Source: a virus (lineage: Duplodnaviria; Heunggongvirae; Uroviricota; Caudoviricetes). Taken from it: DNA of 64,000 nucleotides. Made by a program: the position numbers and the translations under genes. The stretch lies in IMG/VR virus record IMGVR_UViG_3300028559_000005, one strand, 5' to 3'. The notes under the pieces are model-generated. The model did no database searches and had not been told where the DNA came from. It saw nothing but the letters and a program-made list of their open reading frames with translations. Shown in pieces: positions 34,699 to 43,489 of the stretch (within the stretch, counting starts at the first letter, position 1; every line of letters begins with the position of its first letter).

Positions 34699-34947
34699 TC
34701 ATTGTTCAACTCCGAAAAAGGTCTTGTGTAATGCTTCAAGATAATCGTCTGTGCCCATGTGTAGATTACCGTTGTCAATCTTGCTGTAGATGCCAGCACA
34801 TTCCCGCACAATCAACTCGGCGAACTTGTCCATGAAGTTTACCTGAGTTTCCCAAGAGTTATTCTGCCCACTTGGATATGCGGCTGAGGCAGTAGCAGCC
34901 TTTTCCCAAAGTTCTTTAATTTTATCGTGCATCTGGATCTTTCTCAT
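34699..34947 (-). CDS. small paralog family member P7
   Basis: ...DKFAELIVRECAGI...TFFGVEQ. Confidence 0.5.
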   Translation of the reverse strand: MRKIQMHDKIKELWEKAATASAAYPSGQNNSWETQVNFMDKFAELIVRECAGIYSKIDNGNLHMGTDDYLEALHKTFFGVEQ

Positions 34948-35122
34948 AACAAGTTAAACATACTGCATCATATCTCGGACCCATACAATGATAAATTGCA
35001 CCATTGCAATACTTGCAAAGAATAAATGCGTGAGTAACAATATAGCCTTCTCCGGGAGCATACATGGGATAGAATCCTTCTTCTCGTTCTGTATAACCGA
35101 TTAGTTTTCGTTCTTCGTTCAT
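34922..35122 (-). CDS. hypothetical Cys-rich small protein (66 aa)
   Basis: CKYCNG...CMGPRYDAVCLTC suggests a Zn-binding fold. Confidence 0.35.
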   Translation of the reverse strand: MNEERKLIGYTEREEGFYPMYAPGEGYIVTHAFILCKYCNGAIYHCMGPRYDAVCLTCYEKDPDAR

Positions 35123-35309
35123 TCTTCAACTCCTAACCAAATCAATACATCTGCCTGTCCAGTGAATACCATCCAAGCGGCGGTAATTCTTTTTCGTAGG
35201 TTTATTCCTGGCCAACTCATAGGTCTTGCCTGAGTCCATAATCCATTCTTTCCAGCGGATTGAACTTCCCAGCATTTGATTTGGTCCGCAGAATATACCA
35301 TAGGTGTTC

Positions 35310-35528
35310 TCATTCTTCAACTCCGAAATGTTGTTTAATCTTGCTACCGATATTATAATCGGTCCCTTCGTTTAGTTCCATATGCTCACACGCAATATTA
35401 GCACATTCCCTAACAATCAACTCTGCGAACTTTTTACGGAAAATAAATTCCCATTCATCTAAGTCAGTTGTTTCTCGACTAGCATATTGACTAGCCTGGT
35501 CTTCAAGTTCTCGAATTCGTTCGTTCAT
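35310..35528 (-). CDS. small paralog family member P8
   Basis: MNERIRELEDQA...KKFAELIVRECAN...QHFGVEE. Confidence 0.55.
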   Translation of the reverse strand: MNERIRELEDQASQYASRETTDLDEWEFIFRKKFAELIVRECANIACEHMELNEGTDYNIGSKIKQHFGVEE

Positions 35529-35969
35529 TTGTATTCCTTCACCAAGCGATCCATTTCGCGGTCAAACCCAACAATGGCCCAGGCCTTGGCCTTGAGGCTC
35601 TTACGAAGAGCACGTTCACGTTCTGCTTCACCGTCTGCTGTACGGGCAAAGTCTGCCCAGGCATCACTGGCTCTGAAATCACCATCGACCCAACCCAGAG
35701 CAATGGAGTACATTGATAGCAGTTTCATTTCTGGTTTCATTCTTGTTCCTTAAATTAACGAACGGACAAACGCTTGAACACTGCCATGATCTCAGGCTTG
35801 TTCATCAGCTTGTCGAATGCTTCCTGTGGGTTGTAGAACTCACCAGTCTTACGGTCCTGAACCATAGGTGCGTTGAGCTTGTGAATGTTATCGCTAACAT
35901 ACTGGTCAGTCCACTCTTTGAACGATTTAGTGTCTTTGCTCATTGTGTGCTCCTGTTCAACATGTATGT

Positions 35970-35998
35970 ATTATAACGCCGAATCAAAGACCTGTCAA
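35970..35998 (-). promoter_or_regulatory. sigma70 consensus promoter (TTGACA-N17-TATAAT)
   Basis: Minus strand: TTGACAGGTCTTTGATTCGGCGTTATAAT, then CAGGAGCACACA-ATG of ORF 35755..35943. Confidence 0.6.
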
Positions 35999-36225
35999 CC
36001 TCTAGGGTTATTCAGCTTGTTCAGTGCTTCGAGGTGCTCAGCCTTGCTCAGTTCCAACTCATAGATCATGTGGATCAAGTAGAGCATCATGATCACTGCG
36101 GCTCCGATGCCAATGTAGGGCAAGGGCACGAAGATCAATAAGGTGCTGGTTAGGGTACCAGCCAGTACAGCCACACCGAATACCTTGGCCATGTTGCGAA
36201 TTGCGGTTTGTTTGGGAGTCATCAT
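35995..36225 (-). CDS. small membrane protein (76 aa)
   Basis: Two hydrophobic segments (AVLAGTLTSTLLIFVPLPYIGIGAAVIMMLYLI). Confidence 0.4.
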   Translation of the reverse strand: MMTPKQTAIRNMAKVFGVAVLAGTLTSTLLIFVPLPYIGIGAAVIMMLYLIHMIYELELSKAEHLEALNKLNNPRG

Positions 36226-36264
36226 ATTTCCTTTGTGTCTATGTATGTATTATAGCAAAACGGT

Positions 36265-36609
36265 TTAACCGTTTTGCTTGACCCGCACATCAGTATTCAG
36301 TGCAGGCATGTACTGAGCAATCAGCTGTCGTTCCAACTTATGTGCAACTTCTTTGCCACGCACAATGTCAACTATGGTTGACACTATGCTATCAGTACCG
36401 GCATTACGAATTGCTTCGTACAAAGCCCAGCTCTTGTCTTCAGTGCGGCTGCGATAGATGTGCTTGTTTACACGGCTACGCAGGCTCATCAACACAGTAC
36501 GCTGAGTCTTGGCAGTGATACCAATGTAAGTCTCGAACCCGATATGCAAAGCATATACAATATGAGTGCGATCAACACGCTTTTTACGAGTGGCTTTTTT
36601 TGCTTCCAT
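36265..36609 (-). CDS. possible GIY-YIG-like nuclease (114 aa)
   Basis: [17 protein letters not shown]...R...KHIY loosely fits GIYxI...YIGxT...R. Weak. Confidence 0.35.
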   Translation of the reverse strand: MEAKKATRKKRVDRTHIVYALHIGFETYIGITAKTQRTVLMSLRSRVNKHIYRSRTEDKSWALYEAIRNAGTDSIVSTIVDIVRGKEVAHKLERQLIAQYMPALNTDVRVKQNG

Positions 36610-36615
36610 ACATGT

Positions 36616-36644
36616 ATTATAGCCGATTTGACGATTTTGGTCAA
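36616..36644 (-). promoter_or_regulatory. sigma70 consensus promoter (TTGACC-N17-TATAAT)
   Basis: Minus strand: TTGACCAAAATCGTCAAATCGGCTATAAT, then ATG of ORF 36265..36609. Confidence 0.6.
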
Positions 36645-37633
36645 CCGTTTTGCCGGGTAAAAAAGCCTACTTTTTTGTGGCGTTTTTACAACAAATTTAG
36701 TGTGAGTTTCTCACAACATATAATATTATCAATTATTATTGAGTATAATTCTCGAGAAACTGATTTAAATCCCCATAAAGATTAGCTAAAAATGCTTCTT
36801 TTGATCCGTAGAATTTAATGCTGGGATTTTTTCTATCTATATTAAGATAATATGGATCTTGTAATCGTTGATCCAATTGTACTAATAGTTTGGGACGTAT
36901 TTGTTCAGGTCGAATATCAAAATTATAATGCTCGATATTCATTCGTTGCATTGCAATATAACCATGAGCACTGAGACGCATACCTGCACCTTGACGAGAA
37001 TTTCGCCACCATGTTTGCATGGCCCAATCTAATCCTGGACGCTGAGATTCAGGAAACTGCCTGATCAGTGCTTCAGTAATGGCTTGTTTATTTCGCATTG
37101 GGGTATATTTTATCCCCTTGTTTGAGCAATACTACAGAAAACTTATCAGTGCGAAACTGAATGTTTAGTTTTCTAGCCAAATTGATTGCATGTCCTTTAT
37201 TTGAAAAAGATACTTTTTTATACTTGGGACCTGGATACTGAGTGAGTAAATTTGAAGTCTTGAGATTGATTGGTCGATTATCAAAGAACACTGCCCAGAT
37301 ACCTTCGCTGGCCAATACCTGTTCAGTTTTATAGGTCTGCTTGTTGGTGTTCTCTATTAACACTGATGGTTTGGGGCGGCTCATCCATTATACTCCTACA
37401 TTTATTTATGCAAAAATGTAGGAGTATTTAGAAGTCTTTCCCGCCCAGTTCCACAGTAATAACTTGTTCTTTTTGTGCAGTCAACAGCTGAGTTTGCAGT
37501 TCTGTTATGGCCAACAACATCTTGGTTATGTCAGCATGCAAGTCCTTGGCATCTCGAATTGGCATCATGAATTCACGTTGTCCACGTGCTTCATGTGCCT
37601 TTACTGAATCAATGAATCGATTAATGTGTATAC

Positions 37634-38173
37634 TCATTTTTTAATACCATAAAAATATAAATCTTGAAGTTCCCAATTTACTGTTCTAAAATTCCATTCA
37701 TTGAAATGAAGATTAAAATCAATCTTGCTGGTAAAATCTTCGGCAGTTAAATTTTTGTAGTATTCCCATCCGATACTGGTAGTTAACGAGTGCGTGGGCG
37801 ATGTTCTTGATGTACCGTGTTCTTCACGGCCAGTAGTGGCACAAGTGAATATCACTATCCCATTATGTTTGCACATTCTTATCATGTTGATGAATGTTTC
37901 TAACCAATAAGGATTGTGCTCAAAACATTCTGCAGAAATTACCACATCAAAATGATTTGATGGACCATCAAACTCCTGCCCGCCTACAACTATATCTACT
38001 CCGTTACCAGGAGCAACATCTAATCCAATGTGCTGCGATGTATTTTGAATTATAGATCGAATTGACCCATTTACATCATAGCTTCCTACTTCTAAAAGTT
38101 TTGGAAATTTAAAGAAATCAGGAAATCGATCTCTAATTTCCTCAACGAATTTTTGTTGTAATGAATGCGACAT
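37634..38173 (-). CDS. class I SAM-dependent methyltransferase-like
   Basis: GLDVAPGNG glycine-rich motif I. FDVVISAECFEH resembles the methyltransferase type 11 motif. Confidence 0.45.
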   Translation of the reverse strand: MSHSLQQKFVEEIRDRFPDFFKFPKLLEVGSYDVNGSIRSIIQNTSQHIGLDVAPGNGVDIVVGGQEFDGPSNHFDVVISAECFEHNPYWLETFINMIRMCKHNGIVIFTCATTGREEHGTSRTSPTHSLTTSIGWEYYKNLTAEDFTSKIDFNLHFNEWNFRTVNWELQDLYFYGIKK

Positions 38174-38178
38174 AATTA

Positions 38179-38565
38179 TCAGGAGAACTTGTTAAAAGCA
38201 CCCTTCTTTTTCAAGAATGGTTTCAAGTTTGGTGGTTCCCATCCTTGTGGTTTGAGTACTTTACCATCTTCACGCTTGCGCACCTTGCCTGTTCCTTTAT
38301 CGATCTTGGCAAAGTTAGTAGCCATAACTTCTTTCCAAGCACCTTCGGCATCCCAACCTGCGCTGTGTATAGCACCAATTGTAACAACTAGGATATCAAT
38401 AAGTGCATCTAGCGTTTCGATATCGTCGTCTGCATCTTTGAGCTCTTGGTATTCCTCATCGATTAGATCCATATACATATCGAACTGTGCTTGATCGCCT
38501 GTGACATTTTGGTCACAGGCTTTCATAAATTTTTCTTGGTCACGGAAGAGGTTTGACATTGGCTT
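38179..38565 (-). CDS. MazG-like nucleotide pyrophosphohydrolase domain protein
   Basis: LIDEEYQELKDAD...DALIDILVVTIGAIHSAG fits the all-alpha NTP-PPase EExxE/D motifs. The start is trimmed to the internal MSNLF. Confidence 0.5.
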   Translation of the reverse strand, partial: KPMSNLFRDQEKFMKACDQNVTGDQAQFDMYMDLIDEEYQELKDADDDIETLDALIDILVVTIGAIHSAGWDAEGAWKEVMATNFAKIDKGTGKVRKREDGKVLKPQGWEPPNLKPFLKKKGAFNKFS

Positions 38566-38998
38566 CTTCTTTGGTATAAAATGGACCTTGATACGGATAA
38601 CGTTCCAAGGTAATGAGTTTAGGGCTTTGTACAATGCACCAAGTTCGGCGTTGTTTGACCTGATACCAGCCAGCTGCAAACCACGAACGTGACTTGCGAT
38701 TCTTGGTATACAATGGCAATTTATGTTGCACATCCCAGATGGGATTGTACACTCGAGATCCAGACGGATATCCTTGTACTTGATAGCTAGCAGGTTCCTG
38801 GTTAGGTTTGTTTCCTACTGCTGGAAATTCAATATCGACCTGTTTGCGGATCATTGCAATGGTCTTAAATGGCATGACCTTGTCATTAATACGCACTGCA
38901 AAGCCATCTCCTGTGGCTTCAATATTACCAATTTTTTTATTATCCTGTGTAAGGATGTAAAACTGATCCTTGATCACGGGTTTAGCTATGATGCTCAT
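38540..38998 (-). CDS. hypothetical protein (152 aa)
   Basis: ORF only. Confidence 0.4.
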   Translation of the reverse strand: MSIIAKPVIKDQFYILTQDNKKIGNIEATGDGFAVRINDKVMPFKTIAMIRKQVDIEFPAVGNKPNQEPASYQVQGYPSGSRVYNPIWDVQHKLPLYTKNRKSRSWFAAGWYQVKQRRTWCIVQSPKLITLERYPYQGPFYTKEEANVKPLP

Positions 38999-39992
38999 CT
39001 AGTGTTCCTTTATATGTTTCGTTGAGCCAACGAGCATATTGCTCTGCTGACTCGGATATCTTGTTGAGGTCGTATTTGCCACAGAACTTCATAAATCTCA
39101 CACCAACTTGACCAATGTCTTTGTGGCTGATCTGTTCACGTATTGCACCGTCCACTTTGGCTTTGATATCTTCTGGCTGTGCAGTTAAATCAATCAACAC
39201 ACGATTGCGTTCGTAGTCGTCCTTTACACGATGCTCCTCACCGTTGTGATCAGACCATCTTTGTAACATGAGATTATTCCACGAATAGCCTTTACTGTTA
39301 CGATCTTCAAATGCTTCTTGCAAGCCAACTTTGTTTTTGGTGCCTTTGGTTCGCACACCAGGATATGCACTAAAGACGTTGTCTGAGGTGTCGCCGCGCA
39401 TACATTTTTCAAACAGCAACCATTCGGGATCAGGAATAGTTTTGTCTGTCTTGGTCTTTTTATCTTGCACACGTCGGCCCTTGGCATCAAATATACCAGT
39501 GATTGTGTGAAGCTCGTCAGTGATGCCATTATATTGGCTAACGTTGGGTGCCAGCAATTGTATAAAATCAGTGTCTGATGAAATGATATAGTGCTCGTCT
39601 TGCGGGTGCAAAGCTATCCAGCGAGCAATAACGTCGTCGGCTTCGGCTTCTGGATGTCGGATAACGCTACAATTAGTACCGTCAGCCAAATATTTAGTGA
39701 GACTATCGTAAGTCTCCCAAAACAATTTATCCTCTTCTTGTTCTGTGTCGGACAATGCGGCACGAGCCACAGCACGATTCTTCTTGTAAGGCGCATAAAA
39801 GTCCTTGCGCCATGAGCGACCTTCTAAACAGAACACCACGTGGTCTGCTTGAAATTGTTTGTGTACTTTGTTTACACTGCTCATCACAATATGTAAAGCA
39901 TATCCTACTTTTTCCCATGCATCGGCAGCACGGAAAACAGAGTGTCGAGCACGAAAAAAAGTGTTAGCTGTATCAATCAAAAGATATCGCAT
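38982..39992 (-). CDS. 5'-3' exonuclease / flap endonuclease (T4 RNase H-like)
   Basis: N-terminal YLLIDTANTFFRARH matches the FEN/5'-nuclease LLIDGxxLxxRA motif. Later acidic clusters (SSDTDFIQLL, GDTSDNV). Confidence 0.65.
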   Translation of the reverse strand: MRYLLIDTANTFFRARHSVFRAADAWEKVGYALHIVMSSVNKVHKQFQADHVVFCLEGRSWRKDFYAPYKKNRAVARAALSDTEQEEDKLFWETYDSLTKYLADGTNCSVIRHPEAEADDVIARWIALHPQDEHYIISSDTDFIQLLAPNVSQYNGITDELHTITGIFDAKGRRVQDKKTKTDKTIPDPEWLLFEKCMRGDTSDNVFSAYPGVRTKGTKNKVGLQEAFEDRNSKGYSWNNLMLQRWSDHNGEEHRVKDDYERNRVLIDLTAQPEDIKAKVDGAIREQISHKDIGQVGVRFMKFCGKYDLNKISESAEQYARWLNETYKGTLDEHHS

Positions 39993-40689
39993 TGGGATCC
40001 AATATATTGTTTTCTATACAGTATTGTAACACAAATTCAGCCCAAAAGCAATGAGCGTCTTTACCAAAATGCCAAGAGCCGGCGCTGACAGGTTCAAATT
40101 GATCACGCAGAATCTCATTGTAAGTGAATTCTGAATACGGTGCTATGTATGAATCTTTCCAATCCAGCTGGCGGGTAACACGGTCAAACGAATTGTTGCC
40201 GTTGAAAAACACATGTGGTATCTTCATAGCATCCAGTTCCTGATGCAGTTGCCAAATCTCTTGATGCCAGTATTGTTGACGCTGATTCCAATCCACATTA
40301 ACTACAAAATGTCGATACTGATCTTGCAACTGTTCAGGAACCCAATCTAGTCCTGAGCTACCTACTTGCAAGTATTTGCCATTATGCATCCACTCTTCTC
40401 GTTCCCACGTGCTCCACTGTATGATTGCCACAGCTGATTCCCAAGGATGCAAACTTTGCATCCAAGCTCGCGTGGTGCGTAGAATTCTGTAGTTAGAAGC
40501 AGCAGATTCAGCATCACAAATTAGTTCAACACCTAACTTGTTGGCCAATTGTTGCCCCCAGCTTACAGCTAAGTTAGCAGGATGTGGTCGGCGTCCTAGT
40601 TCAGGATAGCCGTCGTCCTCAGCAAATGCAGCAGGTGACACTGCTTCGGCACCTGCTGTATGGCTGTCACCGTTCACGTATAGTTTCAC
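39973..40689 (-). CDS. SGNH/GDSL-like hydrolase
   Basis: MKLYVNGDSHTAG is the block I GDSxT motif. Confidence 0.5.
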   Translation of the reverse strand: MKLYVNGDSHTAGAEAVSPAAFAEDDGYPELGRRPHPANLAVSWGQQLANKLGVELICDAESAASNYRILRTTRAWMQSLHPWESAVAIIQWSTWEREEWMHNGKYLQVGSSGLDWVPEQLQDQYRHFVVNVDWNQRQQYWHQEIWQLHQELDAMKIPHVFFNGNNSFDRVTRQLDWKDSYIAPYSEFTYNEILRDQFEPVSAGSWHFGKDAHCFWAEFVLQYCIENNILDPNAISFD

Positions 40690-41117
40690 GATACTTCAGT
40701 TCGACCGTTGCCAACATCGGTGCTGCGTACCCACATACCACTCTTGGCCATGGCTTCTTCTTGTTCCCAAGTTTCCATTACCACATGTCGACACACATTT
40801 TGAAACCATCGATCCACTATTTCAGCATCGGTATCATCCTTCTTGATCATGTATCCAGCTTTGACCAGCCGCGCTACAAAAATCTCATTCCAGTCCAGTT
40901 CAAATGCACCTTGATGCAAGTTGTCTAGATCCACATCCATGCTGAGAATGTTCACATAGGGCAAGTTATTCTCAGTGGCCTGTTGCTTGGCTGTTTTGGA
41001 TTCTTCCTTAGCAGGGCCTGTTCGAGCTCGAGCCTTAGGCGGAGTCACTGCAGGCCCAGGCGGCTTGGGTTCTGCAACGGTGTTGGGTTTCTTTCGAAAC
41101 ATATCAAAAAATGCCAT
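40686..41117 (-). CDS. hypothetical protein (143 aa)
   Basis: ORF only. Basic N-terminus. Confidence 0.35.
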   Translation of the reverse strand: MAFFDMFRKKPNTVAEPKPPGPAVTPPKARARTGPAKEESKTAKQQATENNLPYVNILSMDVDLDNLHQGAFELDWNEIFVARLVKAGYMIKKDDTDAEIVDRWFQNVCRHVVMETWEQEEAMAKSGMWVRSTDVGNGRTEVS

Positions 41118-41118
41118 A

Positions 41119-41586
41119 TTATTCCTCTTTTACTTCTACCCAGGTATAATCGCCCAGCCACTTGACTTGGGTAATATATTCGTAATTTTTAGGAGCACTG
41201 CTGCTCCAGTCATTGGGGCCTAATTTAGCCAAGATGGTTTTGTTTTTGTTAGTATCAAACGCCAACCAGTAGGTCTGACCGTGATAAGTCTGGAACTGAT
41301 ATTCGGCAGCATGAACTGCATCTGTTATTTCTAATCGACGTTTAATTTCTTGTGCTTGTGATTCTAACACTCGAACCAGATCCATGATGCGATTGTATTC
41401 TTGTTGAGAATGCATTCTGGCAACATTGAGCATGATGTCCTTTTGTTTTTCAACAGGCACAAGATCAAACTTAGGACCCAGGGTGGACGTGGCGTACGGC
41501 GTTACATTTCTGTTGAGGAAATGTATCAGCGAACCAGTTGATTCACTATCAAAACTGCTGACACCATTGGCTGAATTCTTGGTCAT
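41119..41586 (-). CDS. hypothetical protein (155 aa)
   Basis: ORF only. Confidence 0.35.
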   Translation of the reverse strand: MTKNSANGVSSFDSESTGSLIHFLNRNVTPYATSTLGPKFDLVPVEKQKDIMLNVARMHSQQEYNRIMDLVRVLESQAQEIKRRLEITDAVHAAEYQFQTYHGQTYWLAFDTNKNKTILAKLGPNDWSSSAPKNYEYITQVKWLGDYTWVEVKEE

Positions 41587-41846
41587 TTTGATATATGTCC
41601 ACTTTTTCTATTATCGTTTTATTTGCCACAACAAATATTCAAATTTGCTTATGTAGTATACATCATCAATTGGGTCGCCGGGTCCTGAGATAATTCTAGA
41701 TCCTTTGTAACACCAAGTAAGCCATAGTCGATCTCTAGAAAAGTAACAATTTCTTGGCCATAAACAAAAATTCAAACGCCAGTTGCGTATTTGATTTAGG
41801 CCCCATTCTTGATATTGAAACTCTTGACTCACCGGGTGATCAAGCA

Positions 41847-42707
41847 TTAAGTACCCCACTCGTTCTTGAACAATGGTACTTGCAATCGGTCACTGTAACG
41901 TAAACCTGCGTTCATGGCCATAATAGCCACAGCCTTGTTATTCAATGAGTAAACACTTTCTACACCGCCCACTGGCATCAAGTACACATGTCCTTTGAAT
42001 CCTGCAGAACGGAATGCAGCAATAGCACACTCAGCATCAGCAAAGTCTTGTTCGGTAGCAATAACAAATTTCAAATATGTTGTACCAACAGATTCATACT
42101 CACACACAATTTCTGGGCAGATAGCATCTTCCCACTTCTCACCACTACAAGGAAGTTTAGCACTAACTGAGAATGTGATCTCACGAGATGTAAATGGAGG
42201 ATTTGTACCCCACTGTTTTAGAAACTCTTTAAACTCCGGAGAGAGCTTTTGAGTACCATTTGTTTCAAAAGTAATTTCTTTCAGCTTCAACATCTTTTCG
42301 TGATTCAACAAGTCTGGATAAGCACGTTGCCAACCTAGCAATGGCTCACCACCGGTGATAACAAGATGCTCATCCTTCCATTCCCCGTGCGGAATGATTT
42401 CCACAATACGATCTACAATGGCTTCGCTGGTTAGCATGGGACTCAACTCTTTAAAGTCTGGATGCCAACTAGCATAACTGTCACATCCTGTGCTAACCAG
42501 CGGAAGTTCATTATACTCTTTAAATGGATGCATGGCATGCATGACTGCAATTTCTTCTGTTTCCTTGCTTAGTTTGCCTCGTGGCATACCAAATCCTGCA
42601 CATTTGAAGTTGCATCCAAACACACGCAAGAACACACTGGGCACCCCCATATAACGCCCCTCACCTTGGATACTATAAAACAGTTCAGCTACTTTAAGTT
42701 TACTCAT
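41847..42707 (-). CDS. queE: 7-carboxy-7-deazaguanine synthase (QueE-like radical SAM)
   Basis: ELFYSIQGEGRYMGVPSVFLRVFGCNFKCAGF matches the QueE N-terminus (IQGEG...G.P..F.R..GCN..C). Confidence 0.7.
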   Translation of the reverse strand: MSKLKVAELFYSIQGEGRYMGVPSVFLRVFGCNFKCAGFGMPRGKLSKETEEIAVMHAMHPFKEYNELPLVSTGCDSYASWHPDFKELSPMLTSEAIVDRIVEIIPHGEWKDEHLVITGGEPLLGWQRAYPDLLNHEKMLKLKEITFETNGTQKLSPEFKEFLKQWGTNPPFTSREITFSVSAKLPCSGEKWEDAICPEIVCEYESVGTTYLKFVIATEQDFADAECAIAAFRSAGFKGHVYLMPVGGVESVYSLNNKAVAIMAMNAGLRYSDRLQVPLFKNEWGT

Positions 42708-43489
42708 ATTTTTTGTGCTTTAATTAACAAATGCCAACCCAGGTATTCTTTAACTGTTGCTCGCATCTCTTCTGACATCGCAGCAAACCAGGGCTCTAAT
42801 TCATACTCGCCGTTGCGGTACTTAGGTACATTATACATGAAACAATGATCTTGCCTAATTCTCAGCACTCGAAATTTTTCCTCCAACAGGTCATAAATTT
42901 CTTCCTTGCTGTAGGCTTTGGCATACGGACAATCTGATTGTGCTTCGAATTGATCCAGGCCTTTTTGGATCATTGCATACTTCCAGGAGTTCTTTGCGTA
43001 TACCAACATACGAAATTCCCCATTGGGCACCAGAGCATTATGGATATTATTCAAACATGCAGTCATGTCTGGATAGTGATGCAATACTCCGCAACTGTAT
43101 ACTAGATCAAATTTGCCCAAACAGTCCACTGCTGCACTGTCTGCGCCATCCATCACATGAAATTTGCCATTGAGTCCAAATAGATCAAATCGTTGTCGAC
43201 TCATGGCTACAGATTCTGCTGAAAGATCAATGCCCACATAGTCAGCACCATGACGTGCAAACTCCACAGCATCAGATCCAATACCGGATCCTATCTCTAA
43301 TACACGTTTGCCACGCCACAGATGAAAACTAGCAAAATCACGCAGGTGAGGTTCTACAAAGAATCTACGTTCGGTAACTTCGTTCCAATATTGTTCTGTG
43401 CCTGGCTCGCTAAGGCTGTGTTTGACATTACAAGGTTGTGTATTCCAGTAATGTTTAATTTTGTCTATAAGGTCAGTTGTCAAGGTCAA
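42704..43489 (-). CDS. class I SAM-dependent methyltransferase
   Basis: Motif I VLEIGSGIGSDAVEFARHGADYVGIDLS. Acidic motif II. Confidence 0.6.
   Translation of the reverse strand: MTLTTDLIDKIKHYWNTQPCNVKHSLSEPGTEQYWNEVTERRFFVEPHLRDFASFHLWRGKRVLEIGSGIGSDAVEFARHGADYVGIDLSAESVAMSRQRFDLFGLNGKFHVMDGADSAAVDCLGKFDLVYSCGVLHHYPDMTACLNNIHNALVPNGEFRMLVYAKNSWKYAMIQKGLDQFEAQSDCPYAKAYSKEEIYDLLEEKFRVLRIRQDHCFMYNVPKYRNGEYELEPWFAAMSEEMRATVKEYLGWHLLIKAQKI

Noticed and set aside
23111-35335. Recurring tcattcttcaactccgaaatgtt motif as a CRISPR repeat
   Set aside because: Spacing is irregular (tens of bp to kb). Each copy coincides with a stop/start junction of small genes. It is a gene-junction cassette, not a CRISPR array.
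36240-36300. Full sigma70 promoter at the tgtattatagc...cttgaccc element
   Set aside because: The -10 TATAAT is present on the minus strand, but no -35 lies at 16-18-nt spacing. It is probably a degenerate PeSL copy, so it is only mentioned under the promoter finding.
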